Assembly: GCA_947629975.1 (NCBI GenBank)
Contig: CANRFU010000001.1
Span: forward strand, 255-64,254
Direction of reading: 5' to 3'
Origin: an uncultured Oscillospiraceae bacterium
GTDB taxonomy: Bacteria > Bacillota > Clostridia > Oscillospirales > Oscillospiraceae
Length of the DNA: 64,000 bases
Position 1 is the stretch's first letter. Every line of letters begins with the position of its first letter. Made by a program: the position numbers and the translations under genes. Shown one piece after another: positions 56,758-64,000 of the stretch. Under the pieces are notes generated by a model. The model worked only from the letters and a program-made list of their open reading frames with translations, did not search any database and was not told the DNA's origin.

Positions 56758-57862
56758 CGTGAAGTTCATCCTGTCCGCCATCGCCATCCTGCTCACCGGG
56801 GCTATCGCCGCGGGGCTGGCGGCCCGGGCCGTCACTGCCCCCGACGGGGAGGGGGTCCGCTCCGCCGGAACGGTGTCCATCCCCGCCGTGCTGGGCCAGA
56901 CCGCCGAGGAGGTATTGTTTTACCCCTGGTCCCTGTACGACACCGAGGCCCTCTCCCACATCCCGGAAAACTATCTGACCGATTTTTTCCACCTTTCCCC
57001 GGAGGAGCCGGCCCTTTCGGACTTTGAGACCATCGGGGATCTGCGGGATTTTTATGGCGAGACCTGCAATGACATGAGCGCGGCCATGTTCCTGTTCCCC
57101 TTTGAACTGCCCGCCGGGCCTGTGAAATGTGATATCCCCGCCCTGCTCCGGGCGCTGGAGTGGAACCTGACCGCAAACGACCGAGCGCCCGCCGGGGGCG
57201 AGCACTACTATCTGGCGGACTTCCCCGCCGTCCTCCGGGAGGGCGAGGTTCCCGTCACCCTGAGCATGGCCCTGAGCGTCGCCGGCTCAAGAGGGGACTA
57301 CAGCTTCCTCATCCGCCCCGCGAAGCCGGCGGAGCTCACCGAGGAGGACCGGCAGGCCGCCCTGGCCCGGGTGAAGGAGGAGCTGCTGGAGCTGCTGCTG
57401 AACGCCCCTTACTTCAATTATGAGCTCACCGACGAGGAACTGTATCACCTCTGGCTGGTGAAACCGGACGAGATCGCGCCGGACGCCGCGGAGGGGATGC
57501 CCGCCGAATCCGGCGGAGCCGGCATAACGGCCACCCGGCCGGACGAGGGCAGCGCGCTGGGCCGGATGCTGCGGGACTATCTGCGCCCGGACGGCGGCTA
57601 TATCCCCATGCGCGCCGCCCTGGAGCTGCAGAGCTTTTTTACCACCACGTCCGACGATTACGTCCGGGCCCTCTACGGGAAGGAGCCCACCCTGGACGAC
57701 GTGCTGGACGCCTTGCCGGAGCTGGGCATCTCCGTGCAGATCATCACCACCCAGGACCAGATCGTGGTGCTGTTCGCCCAGTCCGCGGGCATCATCCTGG
57801 GCCTGTATTACGACGTCCAGCTGGGCCGCTGGTCGGGCGTCGGCTGGCGGGCCGATCTGTAG
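56750..57862 (+). CDS. Membrane-anchored hypothetical protein coupled to the histidine kinase
   Basis: N-terminal hydrophobic helix; start overlaps the kinase stop; RBS GGAG. Confidence 0.7.
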   Translation: MRNVKFILSAIAILLTGAIAAGLAARAVTAPDGEGVRSAGTVSIPAVLGQTAEEVLFYPWSLYDTEALSHIPENYLTDFFHLSPEEPALSDFETIGDLRDFYGETCNDMSAAMFLFPFELPAGPVKCDIPALLRALEWNLTANDRAPAGGEHYYLADFPAVLREGEVPVTLSMALSVAGSRGDYSFLIRPAKPAELTEEDRQAALARVKEELLELLLNAPYFNYELTDEELYHLWLVKPDEIAPDAAEGMPAESGGAGITATRPDEGSALGRMLRDYLRPDGGYIPMRAALELQSFFTTTSDDYVRALYGKEPTLDDVLDALPELGISVQIITTQDQIVVLFAQSAGIILGLYYDVQLGRWSGVGWRADL

Positions 57863-57980
57863 CCCCGCGCCGGAGGCCGCGCGGGAACATTTACAACTCC
57901 GAAACAATTTAGTGGATGACTTCGTGCTCCTTTCCGGGCGATGATGGGACCGTTCCCTCCCCCGGAAAGGAGTCCTTTTT

Positions 57981-58733
57981 ACGCGTATCACACAGAGCCT
58001 TGCGGCCGCCCTGGCCGCCCTTCTGCTGCTGAGCGGCTGCGCCGCGCCGCCGGCCTCCGGCTCCCCCGCCCATTCCGCGCCCCTGTCGGCCCCTTCCCAG
58101 CGCACGGAGGAGACGCCCCCGCCCGGCCTGTTCCCCGGCGGCTTCCCACTCATCCTCCAAAAACCCGAACTGCCCAACGGGTGCGAGGTCACCAGCCTTG
58201 CCATGCTGCTGCGTCAGGCGGGGTACGACGCCGGCAAGGTCGATCTGGCGGAAAACTATCTGCCGCGAAAGGACATTACCGAGACGGATGGAGTCCGTCT
58301 CGGTCCCGATCCGGATCGGGCTTACGCCGGCGACCCCGCCACCGACAAGGGCTGGTACTGCTTCGAGGGTCCGATCCTCGCCGCCGCCCAAAGGTATCTG
58401 GCGGGCCATGGTGGCGGTCGGCTGGCGGTCTCCCTCACCGGTCTGGATCTGAACGGCCTGCAAACCTATCTGGACGCCGGGACCCCCCTGGCCGTATGGG
58501 TGACCATCGGCTACGAGGAGCCGAAACGGGGCCCCGTCCCCTGGCGGCTGCCCGACGGCTCCGAGTACTATCCCTATACCAACCTCCACTGCGTGGTGCT
58601 GGCCGGCCAGGACGGCGGCGACTTCCTGGTGGCCGATCCCTTAGAGGGCTGGCGGCGGATCCCGAAGGGGGTCCTCATGTCCAGCTTCCTGGCCATGGGC
58701 AGCCGCGCCGTGGCTCTGCTCAAGGCCGGATGA
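57981..58733 (+). CDS. C39-like peptidase lipoprotein with an apparent ACG start
   Basis: In frame upstream of ORF 58203: RITQSLAAALAALLLLSGC lipobox, Q..ELPNGCEVTSLAM, HCVVL, DP; SD AAGGAG at 57967-57972. Confidence 0.75.
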   Translation, partial: TRITQSLAAALAALLLLSGCAAPPASGSPAHSAPLSAPSQRTEETPPPGLFPGGFPLILQKPELPNGCEVTSLAMLLRQAGYDAGKVDLAENYLPRKDITETDGVRLGPDPDRAYAGDPATDKGWYCFEGPILAAAQRYLAGHGGGRLAVSLTGLDLNGLQTYLDAGTPLAVWVTIGYEEPKRGPVPWRLPDGSEYYPYTNLHCVVLAGQDGGDFLVADPLEGWRRIPKGVLMSSFLAMGSRAVALLKAG

Positions 58734-58772
58734 GCGCCCGTCACATCCTACACGAAAGAGAGTCGATCCACC

Positions 58773-59609
58773 ATGCCCCAGCTGTACGATCAATTTCACG
58801 GCGGTGAGAACACCCCGCCCCGCCGGACCGGTCCCGCCGGCAGCGGCTACCCCATGACCCCCTCTCCCCTGGGCCGGCGGCCCCACCGGGAGCGGCGGAG
58901 GGCCCTCTCCCTGGCGCCCGTCCTGCTGATCCTGCTGGTCCTGGCCGCAGTCCTGACCCTGGTGCTGTGGGGACCCTCGGACGCCCCGCCCGACCCCTCC
59001 GGGGCCGTCAGCGCTCCGCCCGCCGCCTCCGACGCCCTCGCCACCGCCGGACCCACCCCAGCCGGACCGGACGGGTCCGCCGCCCCCACCCCAAACAACC
59101 TGAGGGATATCACGGCACCCCCCTGGATTACCCAGGAGTTCCTGCCGCTGAACGAGTGGTCCCGGCCCGGCGACCCCCTGCCCCAGGTGAATGGGGTGGT
59201 GATCCACTACGTGGGCAACCCCGGCACCACGGCGGAGCAGAACCGCAGCTACTTCGAGCGCCTGGCGGAGAACCACGAGGCCTACGCCAGCAGCCATTTT
59301 CTGGTGGGGCTGGACGGCGAGGTCATCCAGTGCGTCCCACTCAGCGAGATCTCCTACTGCTCCACCGTCCGCAACGCGGACACCATCGCCATCGAGTGCT
59401 GCCACCCGGATGCCGAGGGCAAGTTCACCGAGGAGACCATGGCGTCGCTGGTAAAACTGGTGGACTGGCTCATCGAAACATACGATCTCGGGCGGGAGGA
59501 CGTGATCCGCCACTACGACGTAGCCGGCAAGGAGTGCCCCATCTACTACGTCCGCAACCTGGACGCCTGGGAGGACTTTCTGGACCGGCTAACCTTCCCT
59601 GATCCGTAA
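58773..59609 (+). CDS. Membrane-anchored N-acetylmuramoyl-L-alanine amidase (Amidase_2/PGRP-like)
   Basis: VVIHY, SSHFLVG, IECCH, IRHYDVAGKECP. Confidence 0.9.
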   Translation: MPQLYDQFHGGENTPPRRTGPAGSGYPMTPSPLGRRPHRERRRALSLAPVLLILLVLAAVLTLVLWGPSDAPPDPSGAVSAPPAASDALATAGPTPAGPDGSAAPTPNNLRDITAPPWITQEFLPLNEWSRPGDPLPQVNGVVIHYVGNPGTTAEQNRSYFERLAENHEAYASSHFLVGLDGEVIQCVPLSEISYCSTVRNADTIAIECCHPDAEGKFTEETMASLVKLVDWLIETYDLGREDVIRHYDVAGKECPIYYVRNLDAWEDFLDRLTFPDP

Positions 59610-59618
59610 AAGAGCGCG

Positions 59619-59657
59619 AAAAACCGGCCTGTGGATTGCTCCACAGACCGGTTTTTT
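59619..59657. terminator. Bidirectional terminator
   Basis: AAAAACCGG-C-CTGTGGA-TTGC-TCCACAG-A-CCGGTTTTT. Confidence 0.8.
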
Positions 59658-59730
59658 GCTTTATATTGACGGAAAAACTGCCGTCGCCGCGCGAAAACGG
59701 CGGGATCGAACACGTTTTCAATGCGGCTTA

Positions 59731-59767
59731 AAGTTCTTTTTGATCCTTTCCTTTCAAGAAAAAGGAT
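59731..59767. repeat. REP-like AT-rich imperfect palindrome
   Basis: AAGTTCTTTTTGATCCTTTCCTTTCAAGAAAAAGGAT (ATCCTT/AAGGAT arms) abutting the dapL stop. Confidence 0.45.
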
Positions 59768-60984
59768 TATAGCACAGACTTGATGCGCTCTACGGCCTCT
59801 CTGGTGGCCTCCGCGTCGCCGAAGGCGGTGACCCGAATATAGCCCTCCCCGCTGGGGCCGAAGCCCGCGCCGGGGGTGGTGACCACGCAGGCCCTTTTCA
59901 GCAGGGTGTCGAAGAAGTCCCAGGAGCCCACGCCCTCCGGGGTGCGGAACCAGATGTAGGGGGCGTTGGTCCCGCCGTAGACGGTGAGCCCCGCGGCGGT
60001 GAGGCCCTCCCGGATGACCCTGGCGTTGTTCAGGTAGTAGTCGATGGACTGCCTGATCTGGGCCCTGCCCTCAGGGGTGAAGGTGGCCTCGGCGGCCCGC
60101 TGGATCACATAGGCCACGCCGTTGAACTTGGTGCCCTGCCGCCGGTTCCACAGGGCGTTCAGGGAGGCCCCCTCCCGCTTCAGCGCCTTGGGGACGACGG
60201 TGTAGGCGCAGCGGTTGCCGGTGAAGCCCGCCGTCTTGGAGAAGGAGCGGAACTCGATGGCGCAGGTCCTGGCCCCCTCCACCTCGTAGATGGAGTGGGG
60301 CACCCCCTCCTCCCGGATGAACGCCTCATAGGCGGAGTCGTAGAGGATGACGCTGTCGTGGGTGTTGGCGTAGTCCACCCAGACCTTGAGCTGTTCTTTG
60401 GTAGCCGCCGCGCCGGTGGGGTTGTTGGGGGAACAGATGTAGATGAGGTCAGGTGCCCGGCCCTTCGGCAAATCGGGGAAGAAGCCGTTTTCGGCGGTAC
60501 AGGGCAGGTAGATCAGGTTGCTCCACTTCTCCCCGTCGTGGTCCCCCGCCCGGCCCGCCATGGCGTTGGTGTCCACGTACACCGGGTACACCGGGTCGCA
60601 CACCGCCACCACGTTGTCCGCTGAGAAGATGTCCCCGATGTTGCCGCAGTCGCTCTTGGCCCCGTCGGACACGAAGATCTCGTCGTCGGCGATGTCCACG
60701 CCCTTTGCCTTGTAGTCGTCCCGGATGGCGAAGCGGAGGAAGTCGTAGGCCCCGCAGGTCTCCTCGCAGTAGCCCCGGAAGGTCTCCTTATGGCCCATCT
60801 CCTCGGTGGCCTTGTGCATGGCCTCGATGACCGCCGGGGCCAGGGGCAAGGTCACGTCGCCGATACCCAACCGGATCAGGGGCATGGGGGTGCCCTTCGC
60901 CGAGAAGGCCCGCACCCGCCGTCCGATCTCCGGGAACAGATAGCCGCCGGGCAGCTTCAAAAAGTTCTGGTTGATGTGCGCCAT
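59767..60984 (-). CDS. dapL: LL-diaminopimelate aminotransferase
   Basis: [32 protein letters not shown]; promoter TTGACG-17-TACAAT (61021-61049). Confidence 0.96.
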   Translation of the reverse strand: MAHINQNFLKLPGGYLFPEIGRRVRAFSAKGTPMPLIRLGIGDVTLPLAPAVIEAMHKATEEMGHKETFRGYCEETCGAYDFLRFAIRDDYKAKGVDIADDEIFVSDGAKSDCGNIGDIFSADNVVAVCDPVYPVYVDTNAMAGRAGDHDGEKWSNLIYLPCTAENGFFPDLPKGRAPDLIYICSPNNPTGAAATKEQLKVWVDYANTHDSVILYDSAYEAFIREEGVPHSIYEVEGARTCAIEFRSFSKTAGFTGNRCAYTVVPKALKREGASLNALWNRRQGTKFNGVAYVIQRAAEATFTPEGRAQIRQSIDYYLNNARVIREGLTAAGLTVYGGTNAPYIWFRTPEGVGSWDFFDTLLKRACVVTTPGAGFGPSGEGYIRVTAFGDAEATREAVERIKSVL

Positions 60985-61096
60985 TTGCGCTCCCTCCTGT
61001 TGCAAAATCAAAGTGAAACCATTGTACAACAGAGCGCTTTTGCCGTCAACCGGCAGGATGGCACGATTTTTCCTGCAAACCGGGGCGATTTCCGGC

Positions 61097-61888
61097 CTAT
61101 CCGTCAACTTCGCCCCAAAACACCTCAACGGCGGGCCCGGTGAGCAGGGCGCAGCTCTCCCCGGTGAGGGTCACCAGCAGCTCCCCGCCGGGGAGGCGGA
61201 CGGTCACGTCCCGGCCGCACTTCCCCGCCCGGTGGAGGGCGGCAACGGCGGCGCAGGCCCCGGTGCCGCAGGCCAGGGTCTCCCCGCTGCCCCTCTCCCA
61301 CACCCGGGCGGTCAGACGGGTCTCATCGTCCACCCGGACGAACTCGGTGTTGGTCCGGTCCGGGAAATAGGGCCAATGCTCAAAGACGGGGCCGACGGTC
61401 TCCAGGTCCAGCGCCTCCGGGTCGTCCACCTCCACCACGGAGTGGGGATTGCCCATGGATACCGGAATAGATGTATAGTTGATTCCCTTTACCGTGATTT
61501 GAATGGGCGGCTCTATGACCGGCTCCCCCATATCCACCGTGGCGGACACGACTTTGCCCCCCTCCAGCCACAGGTTCATCCGCCGCTCCCCCGCCGCCGT
61601 CTCGATGACAAGGCCGGTCTTGTCCGTCAGCCCGCTGTCGTAGAGGAACTTGCCCAGACAGCGGATGCCGTTGCCGCACATGGCCCCCTCCGAGCCGTCG
61701 GCGTTGAACATGACCATTTTTAAGTTCGCCGTCTCCGACGGAAAGGCGCAGATCAGCCCGTCGGCCCCCACGCCGAAGTGCCGGTCGGACAGGCGGCGGG
61801 CCAGGCCCGGCAGGTCCTCCGGGGCCCCCTCCAGGCAGTTCAAAAAGATGTAGTCGTTGCCGCAGCCGTGGAGCTTGGAAAATCGCAT
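61097..61888 (-). CDS. dapF: Diaminopimelate epimerase
   Basis: [30 protein letters not shown]. Confidence 0.97.
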   Translation of the reverse strand: MRFSKLHGCGNDYIFLNCLEGAPEDLPGLARRLSDRHFGVGADGLICAFPSETANLKMVMFNADGSEGAMCGNGIRCLGKFLYDSGLTDKTGLVIETAAGERRMNLWLEGGKVVSATVDMGEPVIEPPIQITVKGINYTSIPVSMGNPHSVVEVDDPEALDLETVGPVFEHWPYFPDRTNTEFVRVDDETRLTARVWERGSGETLACGTGACAAVAALHRAGKCGRDVTVRLPGGELLVTLTGESCALLTGPAVEVFWGEVDG

Positions 61889-61953
61889 TTCGGTCCCCTC
61901 CCCGTTGGTTTCAGCGAATCTTATGCGGGAGGCAACCGAAAGTTGCCGGACAG

Positions 61954-61982
61954 TTGATTTTTCCGTGCTTGTATGGTATATT
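61954..61982 (+). promoter_or_regulatory. Sigma-A promoter upstream of the GNAT cassette
   Basis: TTGATT-17-TATATT with a TG extension. Confidence 0.6.
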
Positions 61983-61999
61983 TTTTCATTAGCAGCAGG

Positions 62000-62016
62000 C
62001 CGACAAAACGGAATTT
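62000..62016 (+). repeat. Inverted half-site, left of the GNAT gene
   Basis: CCGACAAAACGGAATTT; 14/17 identical to the reverse complement of 62590-62606. Confidence 0.6.
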
Positions 62017-62032
62017 ACCGAGGTGAAAGTTA

Positions 62033-62584
62033 GTGGTTTTCAAAGAAACAAAGTTTGAATTAAAAGATGGCAGGGAGGCATTGCTTCGGAGCCCTTGCGA
62101 AAAGGATGCGGAGCAAATGTTGCGGTTTATCATCAGAGCATCTGGTGAGACGGATTATCTGAATATGTACCCGGAAGAATTTGCAGATTTCACTCTGGAG
62201 CAGGAAACGTCTTTCATCAATAAGAATTACTGCAATCAGAATGAGATGATGATTGCTTGCTTTGTGAACGGAAAGATAGCCGGGAATTGTCAGATTTCTT
62301 TTCGTACCAGAATGAAAGACCGCCATAGAGCTTCCGTTGCAATTGCAATCCTTCAAGAGTATTGGAACCTTGGAATTGGAACAAAGATGTTTGAGAAAAT
62401 GATTCAAATTGCAGAAAAACGCGATGGCGTCTGCCAGATCGAACTGGATTTCATAGAGGGAAACACCAGGGCAAGAAGGCTGTATGAGAAGATGGGGTTT
62501 CGTATTACGGGAATTAAACCGGATGCGATACGGTTGAAAGACGGCACTCTTGTAAATGAGTACATGATGCTGAAACGGCTGTAA
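62033..62584 (+). CDS. GNAT family N-acetyltransferase (AT-rich, probably acquired)
   Basis: IAILQEYWNLGIGTKM, NTRARRLYEKMGF; RBS GAGGTG, GTG start. Confidence 0.9.
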   Translation: MVFKETKFELKDGREALLRSPCEKDAEQMLRFIIRASGETDYLNMYPEEFADFTLEQETSFINKNYCNQNEMMIACFVNGKIAGNCQISFRTRMKDRHRASVAIAILQEYWNLGIGTKMFEKMIQIAEKRDGVCQIELDFIEGNTRARRLYEKMGFRITGIKPDAIRLKDGTLVNEYMMLKRL

Positions 62585-62589
62585 TCTGC

Positions 62590-62606
62590 AAATTCCAGTT
62601 TATCGG
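62590..62606 (-). repeat. Inverted half-site, right of the GNAT gene
   Basis: AAATTCCAGTTTATCGG, 5 nt after the stop codon. Confidence 0.6.
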
Positions 62607-62790
62607 GCGCCGGGCGGCCTTTCCTATCCTGCCGTTCTCCCACAGCGGACCCGGTCTGTCAAACCCGCGAAAAATTTTCCTCCGCAGCCGATCCCGGCCA
62701 AACTATATCTTGACAATCCCCCTCATTTTGATAGAATATTGTGTGTCAATTAAGCCTGTCCCCACACTGTTTTTTGGAGGTATGATAACT

Positions 62791-64000
<1,210 letters not shown>

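Noticed and set aside
62710-62736. Canonical -35/-10 promoter for ppdK
   Set aside because: The TTGACA-to-TAGAAT spacing is only 15 nt. It may work as an extended -10 (TGATAGAAT) but is not well enough supported to list.

Overview
GC-rich chromosomal window from a spore-forming Clostridia-type bacterium, probably Oscillospiraceae-like (inferred from gene content, a complete spoIIIAA-AH operon and sigma-A/sigma-E promoters). Most of it is core genome: lysS-greA, yajC-tgt-queA-spoIID-like, asd-dapA-dapB, thiN/thiE-thiD/exoA, asnB, tyrS with a Tyr T-box, the spoIIIA-asp23-nusB-tsaD-like-xseAB-ispA-dxs-tlyA-nadK-argR-recN block, a two-component system, dapF-dapL and ppdK. One ~7.6 kb Tn4451-like integrative mobilizable element (tnpV, ECF sigma/ABC cargo, MOB-V oriT and relaxase, tnpW, large serine recombinase) lies between two inverted REP-like hairpin units. 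The most interesting unexplained signals are: (1) a ~200-nt highly structured non-coding RNA candidate with a perfect tRNA-type T-arm directly behind a DIP1984-family gene; (2) an AT-rich GNAT gene bracketed by inverted 17-bp half-sites and fed by an outside promoter, resembling an integron-like single-gene cassette; (3) a pseudoknot/attenuator-like RNA inside the mobile element; (4) a lipoprotein gene whose apparent start codon is ACG; (5) a metallo-beta-lactamase-fold gene under a Tyr T-box ahead of tyrS. No tRNA, rRNA or CRISPR array was seen. Coordinates, pairings and GC samples were read by hand; no database searches were run.
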